Below the pieces are notes generated by a model. That model made no database searches. It saw nothing but the letters and a program-made list of their open reading frames with translations, and was not told the DNA's origin. Positions 25,482-39,100 of a stretch of 64,000 nucleotides of DNA are shown in pieces (within the stretch, counting starts at the first letter, position 1; each line of letters starts with the position of its first letter). The stretch is from NCBI GenBank assembly GCA_950097015.1, contig CATNEN010000034.1, positions 2,232,001 to 2,296,000 of the forward strand, written 5' to 3'. This stretch comes from Macrostomum hystrix (taxonomy: Eukaryota; Animalia; Platyhelminthes). Position numbers and translations under genes: made by a program.

Positions 25482-28400
25482 TCACGACGACTGTCCCGCC
25501 CGCAGACGCTGGGCCCTCAGCAGAGACCACACGCACAGCGGTCGCATGTAGCCTAGCGAGCGGTAGCGCCTGTCGTCAAACACCGCTTCGGGAGTCTGGT
25601 AGGCCAGCCCAAAGTCCTCCCACACTGTGCGGTAGGTGCCTTCGGCGCAGGCCAGTCCTTCGCGCACGAGGCCCTCCGAGAGCAGCAGCGAAGACACACC
25701 GTACGAGACTCCGATCCAAGACTCTTCGGCCTGCACGGAGCGGATGTCCTTGCCGCGATAGTCTGTCAGGCCGCCGTTAAACAGCCCCATGCGGCCGCCG
25801 CGACCTTGACTGAGGCAGTTGCAACGGTAGACTGTCTCCAGAGTCCGCTGAACAGTTTCTCGAGGTAAAAACTCCAGCGAGTCGGCCGCTTCAGAGCTAT
25901 CCTGAGACAGTCTCAGCATCCAGTGACCGAACAGCTGGTCCGACATCACCGCATCGTTAAATCGACCTCCGGTGTCGAAGCGAAACTGCTCGCCAGTCCA
26001 CAGTCGGTCTAGATAGGTCGATCGGCCTCGTTGATAAACTCGGCGCCAGCGTTCCGCAGCCTCAGGCTGGCCGGTTGCGTCCAGCATCTCGGAGGTGGCC
26101 AGTGTTGCGGCTAGCCAGAGGCCCGCACAATAGGCTGAGACGCCAGTCATTGGCCATGCGTCATAGGTCTGGTCGGCGTGCCCTAAATCGAGTCATTGCT
26201 TTGAAAATTTAAAATTTAATCCACTTAATGTGGGGGATGAGTGTTAGAGCGATCTAACGCGTTTGCCTCTCGCACCAAGGTCTTTGAGCTCGATTCCGCG
26301 GCGAGGCCACATTCATTTGGGTCGCAGCCGCGGAGAGAAGGCTATTGGACTTTTAGTGCAATTTACGTCATGAGGGCCACCTCTCAAGGTACAGTGGGAG
26401 TGTACACTGCCTGACGATGAGAAAGTCAGGACAGATGTACACACCTGCGTGATCGCGTGCCTGCGTACGGTATCTGTGTGCTTGTGTGCTCAAGAGTCAG
26501 CGAAATGGGCAGGATCGCCTCCTCGCTGTCTGCGGGTCTAGTGTCACAATGGTTATGTGCCATTGCCGCAGCCGACCTACAATTATTTTAAATAAGTTCT
26601 ACAATTAATATTAATATATTTCGCTGGAAGTACGAGTTAAGTCTAGGTTTGTGAAACTAATTTCCAAATTTGGCTCACTGGCAGTTCACCTGTATTTTCC
26701 ACAAGTCCGTCGTCATCTGTATCCCAGGCCAGGCAATAGTTCATTAACCCCACTACCGTAGGTAGCAGGTCTGTTAGGTACTCGGCATTGTGCCAGGGTA
26801 GCAGCTTCCAGTCTCGGTACACCGACAGGACGAATTTCGGATTGAGGTCGCGCCACTCGGAGCTGCTCATCATTTCGTAGCAGTTGACTCGGGTGAACGG
26901 TTCGTCCTCTGTGGTGAACCATTTTACGCAGAATATTAATAGGTTTACAACTGTCAAGCATTAAGATTTTGTGATGAAGGCAATAAATGTACTTAATCCT
27001 GGTACATATTCCTACGTAATCTTTTTTGTAACATCGAACAAAGCTGCACGACATTTTCTTATGTTCGAGATAAATTATGACTCATTTCGTTCTTTAAATC
27101 TGATGTGGTTAAGATGATTGATTACGAGTACGTAGAGAAAATGGACAATGATCCTGTGTTACACATGTATACGTAATATAAACTAATATATATATAAACT
27201 AATATATATTAATTTAAACTCAGTAACTCATAATTTCATATTCAGATTTTATTTTCTATTTTAGATCTGTACGAACTAAAACTACCCATCACTAACAAGG
27301 CTTTATGATGGTTCCATATTAGTTAGTTTAATATAAAAAATTTCTCGTAACTAAGAGAATACGTCTACTTTAACCGGGGCACGCCTTGTGGGTCTAGACA
27401 AGTCATTTGTGAACGAGCCTTACCCACGCCCCTACTGCAATGAGTCCTCCCCTCAGACCCTGGCACTGTATCCGTACCTGCTCATGTGCTCTGTTCTCGC
27501 AGAATGACTCACTTCTTTCACTTCACAGTATGAAATTAATACGCAAGTATCTTGCTACGTACAATTAGAAAAGAGTAAAAGAGACGAGAAAGTATGCACA
27601 GACGCAAGTGTGAGTGAGTGGGTGTGCGCTTCAGCGATAACACGCAGAAGCCAGCATGAATCGTCTGCGGAGTACTTGCGTCTCATCTAGTCATTCAGAA
27701 CACGTACACTGTAGAATTTCAAGCTTGAGAGTTTCAACTGGTCGCACTGCCTCTATTCTGTTACAACACAAGAGCAACAAAAAACTTGGGCTAAGAGAAA
27801 ACTGCAGCCAACAAACAGTTGGTTAGCTGGAGGCGCTGCGTTTTTAGCAAGCAATTCCGTTTTCGCTTTAAAATGAAAATATTCTGACTACTCATGGATT
27901 TTCTCGCGAACTTTGAAATAATCAAGAGTCTCGGTCAAGGTGGCTTTGGATCCGTACTGCTAGTGTCAGAAAAGCAATCCAAACAGGAATATGCAATTAA
28001 ACTCATTCCATTGCGACAATCAAAAGAAATAGAAACGAACAAAGTAGACAAAGTAGTTCGAGAAGTAGAAAATCTCGCTCAAATGTCCAAAATCGACGGC
28101 GTTGTGAAGTATCATCATTCCTGGTACGAGCACTTCGAAACGCCCGACAGCTTTGCCAAGTTCTCTGAGAAAATCGAAGACACACTGCACAGATCCATTC
28201 ATCTATCAGAATGCATGAGCTCTGGATCGTCAGACTGTCGCATTGGAGTCGATAAGATTACTGTGCTCTTTATTAAAATGGAATATTTTCCTGGAGTTAA
28301 TCTAAAGGAGTGGCTTCGTTCACTGTGCAGTTTGCAGGAACAAAAAAATGAAAATACTATAGCCGAGCCGAGTCCGTGGGTTCACGGACAGATACTGCTG

Positions 28401-31400
28401 GCCTTCCACAAGGTTTTATCGATTGTTCATCAAATTCACACGATGAAAATTCTTCATCGAGATCTGAAGCCTGAGAACATTCTGTTCAAAGAACCGTATG
28501 ACGTGCGAATATGTGACTTTGGACTTTCAAAGTGCGATTCCAGCAATAATCATAATCCTGGCGGAGGATCGAGCCAGGCGCAACACACTCACGACATTGG
28601 TACGACAGCATACATGGCGCCTGAACTACTAAAAAATCCACCACTTCCGCACAGCCGAAATTCTGATGCTTACGCACTCGGTCTAGTGTTTTTGGAGATG
28701 CTGACCATTTTTTGGAAATGATTCAGAGTCAGAGAAAATTGAAATTTTCCAGTTTCATCGAGAAGGAAAGATTCACAAGAAGGCAGAAATGTTCAAGGCT
28801 GAAACGGAGCTTATACAGAAACTGCTTTTCGAAGATCCAAAAAGGCGTCTCAGCGTTGAGGATGCATTGAAACATGAGCTGTTCTACACAGTACAATTGC
28901 CCTGTAACATTTGCTGTATTTCTTGCAAGGGAATCGAGGTCCTAAAGGAGCATCTATCAGGAAAGATGCATCAAAATAATCTTAAAAAGTGGAAATCAGA
29001 CGCAACCAGCGGGCCTCAGGCGGAGTCTCGAGAAACAACAGTCCCACGTCATGTCGCTAAGAGGGATAGTAACAATTACCATCAGATTGACACTACCGAG
29101 CAACTCGACTCTGACGCTCATTTAGTCGCAAGAAAGAAAGACAAAGAAAAAAAGACAATACAGAAGCTTCAAAGGCAACCTGCCGATGCCTTCCAGCAGC
29201 AACCTGTGCAGGAGTTGCCGGTAAATCAAGTACCAAAAAAATGTGACGAAGAAATAGAAAGTACTACAACAGAAGAATTCAATACGGTTCGTGCCGATGT
29301 TGAAGATCTGAAGACAAGAATGACGCAAATCGAAACGAAGCTTGATCAAATTCTGGCTCTTTTAAAACCGAAGTAAATACTGAAACCGAACAGCGAATTA
29401 CTGATTCTAAGTACTGTACTTTAGTTTTTCTCGAATTAGGGCGTACTTATGGTCAGCTGACATTGCTTTTTACATTAATTTTTTAATATAGTAAAATATG
29501 TTTTTCTCTATCATTTTCTCTAGACCATTTCCTGGAAAGTACATTTCCATTTCCTGAAAGCACTGTCTACTAGAATGATTAATAAATATAAGCAACTTTC
29601 GTGATAAGGAGTGTTACGAGCACTTTTAGTTCCAAACAGCGTCGATCATTGCCCAAACATGTATCTAAGATTTAGCCCGATTCTAAGAAATGACGACGAA
29701 GCTATCAAATCGGCAGCTCACCTGGATCGCCCAGATCATGCGGCATGGCCATTTGGTGATTGCGCTGCGATTTGGTCCCAGTAACTAGCCAGTACACCTG
29801 AGTGACGTCCTCCTCTGCTGCTGCCTTGGCTGTGGTCAATAATTATTATTGAGTTTTATTGATTATTGATGTGTGTTCAAGGACTTAAAATAGTACATCT
29901 AGGTAATTTAATCGGCTACATCAACTATAGCTCGGAGATTACAAACCGATTGTTATGAGGGCTAATTAATCAAGCATCGCAGAATTATAATTATTATACA
30001 AGTCTGTCTGAGAGCACAAAAGTGCACGAAGCCTGCATCTGCTAAAGAGGGTTATTCTGAATTCACTAAAAGCAAATTTACTAGTATATTAGCTAATTAC
30101 TCACGAGAGCTTCTATGCTTGAGTAAAATAGAGCAGATGCAGACTCAGAGCAAATAGAGCAATAGCTCACCGAAATCGTATTGCACCGCCACCTGCAGTT
30201 TGGGAAAGTTGGCCAATAATGCCCACGCAGCGTACGCGTGCACATCGTAGGTTGTAAACATCCGGTATTCGTGGCCCTCCAGGTAGGCAAAGGTGCCCAT
30301 TTCCTCGCGCACGGGGCAACGCCAGGACTTTAGCCGGTGCCAGTCAGCTGTCTGAGCCCCGTCATCAAGCCAGACGCTGCCTGAATCACTCAGGTAGTAA
30401 GCCTCGTTGAGCAGGGCCGACTTGAGCCAGTTCGGCAGGCTGGCGGGATCTTCATTGAGTATCGGCGCCTGCCACTCGTCGATGCGTTGCTGCCAGGACT
30501 GCGAGCTGGCGAAGGCGTGACGGGCCAGGTCGATGCTGGCAGCAGTTTGGTCGCCGGGAAACCAGCGCACATGACGACTGAAATGTTCATAAACTGACTT
30601 TAGTTAATTTTAATTCGAAGTACGCAGTCAAACTCTCCGAACCCACCGAGTGTAAGTATTCTCCGCAGCGCGAAAGTGAACTCTCGGCATGTGCCAGCTT
30701 AGGCAGAACCCGATGCCGTCAGCGTGCGATCCAGCTGCAACAACTCTTCCAGCGCAAACAGCCACAGCCAGGTGCTCGCCTGATTGAGTCACCTGCGCGG
30801 CTGTCTCGGCCGCCTCTGCACAAACGTCGGTTGGAGGACGGAGGCCGCCGGTTCGTTCGAGGCTGCGCCAAATTCCAGCAGCTGCCTGCCGGTCTGTCTT
30901 CGGGTTAAATCGTGGCCACAATGTCACAGTAACCTATAGATGGTTTGTGAGTTAGATGATTAGATTTTTTAAATAGTGTATAACGCAAAACGGACTTAAA
31001 AGAGGGCTATACGTAATGTTATTAGGGCTCAAAATATTGTTTGCTAACATTTGACACCCTTGATATTAGTCTAATGAATGTGATATTAGTCTAAAAAGCT
31101 TACGTTGCTACTCTGAACTGCCGAGATACCATAGGTGCACGGCATGTCGCCCCGAAACGTCTGGTGAATGAGACTACCGGCAATGCCTGACTCCGGGCAG
31201 CGGAAAGGCTCCACCGCGGCTCCGGCTGCGAGACTCTTCGGGGTTCCGTCACCATTCTGGAAGCAGAAGGTCACACTGACCTGCAAGTCCGAATCGGTAT
31301 CGTTCCAGACTGTCCACTCAAATAGGGTCAGTGGAAGACACGAGTCCTGAAAGGCGAAACGATTGAAATATCAGCAAAAAATGCACTAAGACTTTCAATA

Positions 31401-32137
31401 ACTACTCAATGCGGCATTTCCCATTATTATATTATTAAACATACCTTGTAATCGTGCGCTATAACGGGAGAAGTCTGTCTGCACAGCAGCCGCAGCCCCG
31501 GCACCAGATGGTAGACTGTCCAGCTCCTGGGATAGAGCCCATGGTAGGCACAGTCGGTCTCTTGAAGTCCCCCGGGATCTGAGCAGCAAAGCCACTCGCG
31601 ACGAAGAGCATTGAGCTTTTTAAACGGCCGGAACGCCAGTACTCGCTGCAACACTGGCGCCTGGGCGCCATCGCAACAACGTCGGACTGAAACAATGAAA
31701 CAATCAGCCTCCGGGATGGCGTACTCGTACAGTCCAGGCAGCATTTGAAAGCGGCAAAATTCTCCACGAAAACCGCGTCCGATACTTCCACAGCCGATGC
31801 CGCCTAGAGGGACACCGTAGATTGGCCGGTAAGGCTCCTGGTGCAGACAGTCAATGAATGGCCGACGTCTCTGTAGAAGACGCTTACGCAGGTAGAAGCG
31901 GAACAGGTAGCGCAGCGAAGCGCCCAGATACTCCAGGCACTGGCGAGGCCGGGGGCTTTGAAAGGGACGGCAGGGGGCAAAGCGCTTTGCCATTGTAAGC
32001 CGCCACCCGGCTTCGGGAACCTGTAGTTTGGCGAAAAGAGCGTCAGCTCGGTTTGGCGCCTCCGTAGCGGTATTGTTACCTTCCTCGGACGAGTTATTTT
32101 CATCAAGTAGCTTGCTCCAATAGTTCGCCGCTGCCAT
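25482..32137 (-). CDS. GBA2: Non-lysosomal glucosylceramidase (GH116), 885 aa, 7 exons
   Basis: Exons 31445-32137, 31104-31346, 30647-30933, 30171-30577, 29722-29829 (MPHDLGDP; absent from the ORF track), 26690-26908 and 25482-26182 join with consistent phases (2658 nt). Motifs GVPLGGIGCGSIGRGFRGEF, YLEGHEYRMFTTYDVH, WRDLNPKFVL, DQTYDAW and FQ/YQTPEA...YRSLGYMRPL match GBA2. Confidence 0.95.
26232..26592 (+). mobile_element. SINE family A in GBA2 intron 6
   Basis: Full family match with an ATT tail. Confidence 0.88.
27894..29376 (+). CDS. Intronless eIF2-alpha-kinase-like protein with a C-terminal matrin/JAZ-type zinc finger and coiled coil; ~493 aa if a 1-nt frameshift at 28708-28713 is corrected; nested antisense in GBA2 intron 5
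   Basis: Kinase motifs GQGGFG, YAIK, VREV, VKYHHSWYE + Ser-rich insert + LFIKMEY, HRDLKPEN, DFG, HTHDIGT..YMAPE and YALGLVFLEML. Removing one T joins ORFs 27894-28721 and 28789-29376 without a gap and completes the C-lobe (LIQKLLFEDPKRR). Zinc finger at 28903-28971; heptad repeats at 29278-29364. Confidence 0.8.
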
Positions 32138-33159
32138 CTGAAATTTTTTATCGGCGCATCTTATTATTTGTGCTTTCTTTAAGACGAGTAGTATTACAAA
32201 CAAAAGGGTATTTGTCAATCGAAAAAAATATTATGTTTGTGATGAACGAAAAGGAATTTCAATATCGTACTCGTATTATTTGTTGCTTAAGATGTAAGAA
32301 TTGTTCATTTCTTACTTTTCTCGAGTTGAACCTTGTAAGTTAGTTTACTATGAGCAGTGCCAAGAAACTTTAAAGAATTCTAATGTCAACGCTTGCCTTT
32401 TAGCATTTCAGTACTGAAGTGTCCTGTAGACAGAGCTCTAGTCCCGATTGCCACACTCCCTCTGGCTAGCCTTCGCTGCGTTCTCTAACTTCACATTTTA
32501 TGCATTTAACTCAGAATGCCGCATTTAGCAGTGGGTAGGGCACAAACGCTTGAACATTATAGACAGACATACAAGCCTGCATGATTTTCCGAGTATGTGC
32601 AAGACCTATGTATTGGTCATGCTGCCTCGATTGGCTCTTTGCACTCAGTGCATACACTGCCATCATGGCCAAGCCTATAGACACACCCAGTGATGCAAAG
32701 GATAGGAAAGCATTCTATACGAGTGCTCACGGCCACCCCTCGGTGCAGCTGAGCAACACGTCTGAGCAGATTCTAGCCCCTCTGCCACTATCACATTCTT
32801 TATTCATTACATTCGGTGTACATCCCGTGTCTCTACCTTCCTCCCACCCCGATTGTCATGTAAAGCTGCAAGTTTGTTCAGGCTTCTCATGCCTGGCCAC
32901 TACTGCCTGTTGTCCCTACATTAATCAATTTTTCAACAGCTTATTCTAGGCTATTTTTTACTTCTGTCATCATTGCACTTTCAACAATTATTCATATTGA
33001 CTGCAGTCGACAGTTAGCAATTGGATTTAGGATTTTAAGATTTAAGATTTAATATTAATACTGCGATCAGCAAGCATAGACCAGCAGATCAGCTGCCAAG
33101 AACATCAACTTTGAGGTAGTGTCTTCCAACACAGCAGAGACTCACTGCTAATCGATTAA

Positions 33160-36100
33160 CAGTAGAAGGACAACGGGGTGTTTCAAAGAACCAAAATTTT
33201 TCTTTTTCTGTAACTCCCAAAATATTCCACCAATCGCCATGAAAATCCAGAACACGGACTAAAATATTCAACCAATCGCCATGAAAATCCAGAACACGGC
33301 CTAAAATATTCAACCAATCGCCATGAAAATCCAGAACACGGACTAAAATATTCAACCAATCGCCATGAAAATCCAGAACACGGCCTAAAATATTCAACCA
33401 ATCGCCAGGAAAATCCAGAACACGGCCTAAAATATTCAACCAATCGCCATGAAAATCCAGAACACGGCCTAAAATATTCAACCAATCGTCATGAGAATCC
33501 AGAACACGGCCTAAAATATTCAACCAATCGTCATGAGAATCCAGAACACGGCCTAAAATATTCAACCAATCGCCATGAAAATCCAGAACACGGCCTAAAA
33601 TATTCAACCAATCGCCATGAAAATCCAGAACACGGCCTAAAATATTCAACCAATCGCCATGAAAATCCAGAACACGGCCTAAAATATTCAACCAATCGCC
33701 ATGAAAATCCAGAACACGGCCTAAAATATTCAACCAATCGCCATGAAAATCCAGAACACGGCCTAAAATATTCAACCAATCGCCAGGAAAATCCAGAACA
33801 CGGCCTAAAATATTCAACCAATCGCCATGAAAATCCAGAACACGGCCTAAAATATTCAACCAATCGCCATGAAAATTCAGAACACGGGCTAGAATATTCA
33901 ACCAATCGCCATGAAAATCCAGAACACGGCCTAAAATATTCAACCAATCGCCATGAAAATCCAGAACACGGCCTAAAATATTCAACCAATAGCCATGAAA
34001 ATTCAGAACACGGCCTAAAATATTCAACCAATCGCCATGAAAATTCAGAACACGGCCTAAAATATTCAACCAATCGCCATGAAAATCCAGAACACGGCCT
34101 AAAATATTCAACCAATCGCCATGAAAATCCAGAACACGGCCTAAAATATTCAACCAATCGCCATGAAAATCCAGAACACGGCCTAAAATATTCAACCAAT
34201 CGCCAGGAAAATCCAGAACACGGCCTAAAATATTCAACCAATCGCCATGAAAATCCAGAACACGGTCTAAAATATTCAACCAATCGCCAGGAAAATCCAG
34301 AACACGGCCTAAAATATTCAACCAATCGCCATGAAAATCCAGAACACGGCCTAAAATATTCAACCAATCGCCATGAAAATCCAGAACACGGTCTAAAATA
34401 TTCAACCAATCGCCAGGAAAATCCAGAACACGGCCTAAAATATTCAACCAATCGCCATGAGAATCCAGAACACGGCCTAAAATATTCAACCAATCGCCAT
34501 GAAAATCCAGAACACGGGCTAAAATATTCAACCAATAGCCAGGAAAATCCAGAACACGGCCTAAAATATTCAACCAATCGCCATGAGAATCCAGAACACG
34601 GCCTAAAATATTCAACCAATCGCCAGGAGAATCCAGAACACGGCCTAAAATATTCAACCAATCGCCAGGAAAATCCAGAACACGGCCTAAAATATTCAAC
34701 CAATCGCCAGGAGAATCCAGAACACGGCCTAAAATATTCAACCAATCGCCAGGAAAATCCAGAACACGGGCTAAAATATTCAACCAATCGCCAGTAAAAT
34801 CCAGAACACGGGCTAAATTATTCAACCAATCGCCAGGAAAATCCAGAACACGGCCTAAAATATTCAACCAATCGCCATGAAAATCCAGAACACGGCCTAA
34901 AATATTCAACCAATCGCCAGGAAAATCCAGAACACGGCCTAAAATATTCAACCAATCGCCAGGAAAATCCAGAACACAGGCTAAAATATTCAACCAATCG
35001 CCATGAAAATCCAGAACACGGGCTAAAATATTCAACCAATCGCCATGAAAATCCAGAACACGGCCTAAAATATTCAACCAATCGCCAGGAAAATCCAGAA
35101 CACGGGCTAAAATATTCAACCAATCGCCAGGAAAATCCAGAACACGGGCTAAAATATTCAACCAATCGCCATGAAAATCCAGAACACGGCCTAAATTATT
35201 CAACCAATCGCCAGGAAAATCCAGAACACGGCCTAAAATATTCAACCAATCGCCAGGAAAATCCAGAACACGGGCTAAAATATTCAACCAATCGCCATGA
35301 AAATCCAGAACACGGCCTAAAATATTCAACCAATCTCCAGGAAAATCCAGAACACGGCCTAAAATATTCAACCAATCGCCAGGAAAATCCAGAACACGGG
35401 CTAAATTATTCAACCAATCGCCAGGAAAATCCAGAACACGGGCTAAAATATTCAACCAATCGCCATGAAAATCCAGAACACGGCCTAAAATATTCAACCA
35501 ATCGCCATGAAAATCCAGAACACGGCCTAAAATATTCAACCAATCGCCATGAAAATCCAGAACACGGCCTAAATTATTCAACCAATCGCCATGAAAATCC
35601 AGAACACGGGCTAAAATATTCAACCAATCGCCATGAAAATCCAGAACACGGCCTAAAATATTCAACCAATCGCCATGAAAATCCAGAACACGGCCTAAAA
35701 TATTCAACCAATCGCCAGGAAAATCCAGAACACGGCCTAAAATATTCAACCAATCGCCATGGAAATCCAGAACACGGCCTAAAATATTCAACCAATCGCC
35801 ATGAAAATTCAGAACACGGCCTAAAATATTCAACCAATCGCCAGGAAAATCCAGAACACGGCCTAAAATATTCAACCAATCGCCATGAAAATCCAGAACA
35901 CGGCCTAAAATATTCAACCAATCGCCATGAAAATCCAGAACACGGCCTAAAATATTCAACCAATCGCCATGAAAATCCAGAACACGGCCTAAAATATTCA
36001 ACCAATCGCCATGAAAATCCAGAACACGGCCTAAAATATTCAACCAATCGCCATGAAAATCCAGAACACGGCCTAAAATATTCAACCAATCGCCAGGAAA

Positions 36101-39100
36101 ATCCAGAACACGGGCTAAAATATTCAACCAATCGCCATGAGAATCCAGAACACGGCCTAAAATTTTCAACCAATCGTCATGAGAATCCAGAACACGGCCT
36201 AAAATATTCAACCAATCGTCATGAGAATCCAGAACACGGCCTAAAATATTCAACCAATCGCCATGAAAATCCAGAACACGGCCTAAAATATTCAACCAAT
36301 CGCCATGAAAATCCAGAACACGGCCTAAAATATTCAACCAATCGCCATGAAAATCCAGAACACGGCCTAAAATATTCAACCAATCGCCATGAAAATCCAG
36401 AACACGGCCTAAAATATTCAACCAATCGCCATGAAAATCCAGAACACGGCCTAAAATATTCAACCAATCGCCAGGAAAATCCAGAACACGGCCTAAAATA
36501 TTCAACCAATCGCCATGAAAATCCAGAACACGGCCTAAAATATTCAACCAATCGCCATGAAAATTCAGAACACGGGCTAGAATATTCAACCAATCGCCAT
36601 GAAAATCCAGAACACGGCCTAAAATATTCAACCAATCGCCATGAAAATCCAGAACACGGCCTAAAATATTCAACCAATCGCCATGAAAATTCAGAACACG
36701 GCCTAAAATATTCAACCAATCGCCATGAAAATTCAGAACACGGCCTAAAATATTCAACCAATCGCCATGAAAATCCAGAACACGGCCTAAAATATTCAAC
36801 CAATCGCCATGAAAATCCAGAACACGGCCTAAAATATTCAACCAATCGCCATGAAAATCCAGAACACGGCCTAAAATATTCAACCAATCGCCAGGAAAAT
36901 CCAGAACACGGCCTAAAATATTCAACCAATCGCCATGAAAATCCAGAACACGGTCTAAAATATTCAACCAATCGCCAGGAAAATCCAGAACACGGCCTAA
37001 AATATTCAACCAATCGCCATGAAAATCCAGAACACGGCCTAAAATATTCAACCAATCGCCATGAAAATCCAGAACACGGTCTAAAATATTCAACCAATCG
37101 CCAGGAAAATCCAGAACACGGCCTAAAATATTCAACCAATCGCCATGAGAATCCAGAACACGGCCTAAAATATTCAACCAATCGCCATGAAAATCCAGAA
37201 CACGGGCTAAAATATTCAACCAATAGCCAGGAAAATCCAGAACACGGCCTAAAATATTCAACCAATCGCCATGAGAATCCAGAACACGGCCTAAAATATT
37301 CAACCAATCGCCAGGAGAATCCAGAACACGGCCTAAAATATTCAACCAATCGCCAGGAAAATCCAGAACACGGCCTAAAATATTCAACCAATCGCCAGGA
37401 GAATCCAGAACACGGCCTAAAATATTCAACCAATCGCCAGGAAAATCCAGAACACGGGCTAAAATATTCAACCAATCGCCAGTAAAATCCAGAACACGGG
37501 CTAAATTATTCAACCAATCGCCAGGAAAATCCAGAACACGGCCTAAAATATTCAACCAATCGCCATGAAAATCCAGAACACGGCCTAAAATATTCAACCA
37601 ATCGCCAGGAAAATCCAGAACACGGCCTAAAATATTCAACCAATCGCCAGGAAAATCCAGAACACAGGCTAAAATATTCAACCAATCGCCATGAAAATCC
37701 AGAACACGGGCTAAAATATTCAACCAATCGCCATGAAAATCCAGAACACGGCCTAAAATATTCAACCAATCGCCAGGAAAATCCAGAACACGGGCTAAAA
37801 TATTCAACCAATCGCCAGGAAAATCCAGAACACGGGCTAAAATATTCAACCAATCGCCATGAAAATCCAGAACACGGCCTAAATTATTCAACCAATCGCC
37901 AGGAAAATCCAGAACACGGCCTAAAATATTCAACCAATCGCCAGGAAAATCCAGAACACGGGCTAAAATATTCAACCAATCGCCATGAAAATCCAGAACA
38001 CGGCCTAAAATATTCAACCAATCTCCAGGAAAATCCAGAACACGGCCTAAAATATTCAACCAATCGCCAGGAAAATCCAGAACACGGGCTAAATTATTCA
38101 ACCAATCGCCAGGAAAATCCAGAACACGGCCTAAAATATTCAACCAATCGCCATGAAAATCCAGAACACGGCCTAAAATATTCAACCAATCGCCATGAAA
38201 ATCCAGAACACGGCCTAAAATATTCAACCAATCGCCATGAAAATCCAGAACACGGCCTAAATTATTCAACCAATCGCCATGAAAATCCAGAACACGGGCT
38301 AAAATATTCAACCAATCGCCATGAAAATCCAGAACACGGCCTAAAATATTCAACCAATCGCCATGAAAATCCAGAACACGGCCTAAAATATTCAACCAAT
38401 CGCCAGGAAAATCCAGAACACGGCCTAAAATATTCAACCAATCGCCATGGAAATCCAGAACACGGCCTAAAATATTCAACCAATCGCCATGAAAATTCAG
38501 AACACGGCCTAAAATATTCAACCAATCGCCAGGAAAATCCAGAACACGGCCTAAAATATTCAACCAATCGCCATGAAAATCCAGAACACGGCCTAAAATA
38601 TTCAACCAATCGCCATGAAAATCCAGAACACGGCCTAAAATATTCAACCAATCGCCATGAAAATCCAGAACACGGCCTAAAATATTCAACCAATCGCCAT
38701 GAAAATCCAGAACACGGCCTAAAATATTCAACCAATCGCCATGAAAATCCAGAACACGGCCTAAAATATTCAACCAATCGCCAGGAAAATCCAGAACACG
38801 GCCTAAAATATTCAACCAATCGCCATGAAAATCCAGAACACGGCCTAAAATATTCAACCAATCGCCAGGAAAATCCAGAACACGGCCTAAAATATTCAAC
38901 CAATCGCCATGGAAATCCAGAACACGGCCTAAAATATTCAACCAATCGCCATGAAAATTCAGAACACGGCCTAAAATATTCAACCAATCGCCAGGAAAAT
39001 CCAGAACACGGCCTAAAATATTCAACCAATCGCCATGAAAATCCAGAACACGGCCTAAAATATTCAACCAATCGCCATGAAAATCCAGAACACGGCCTAA

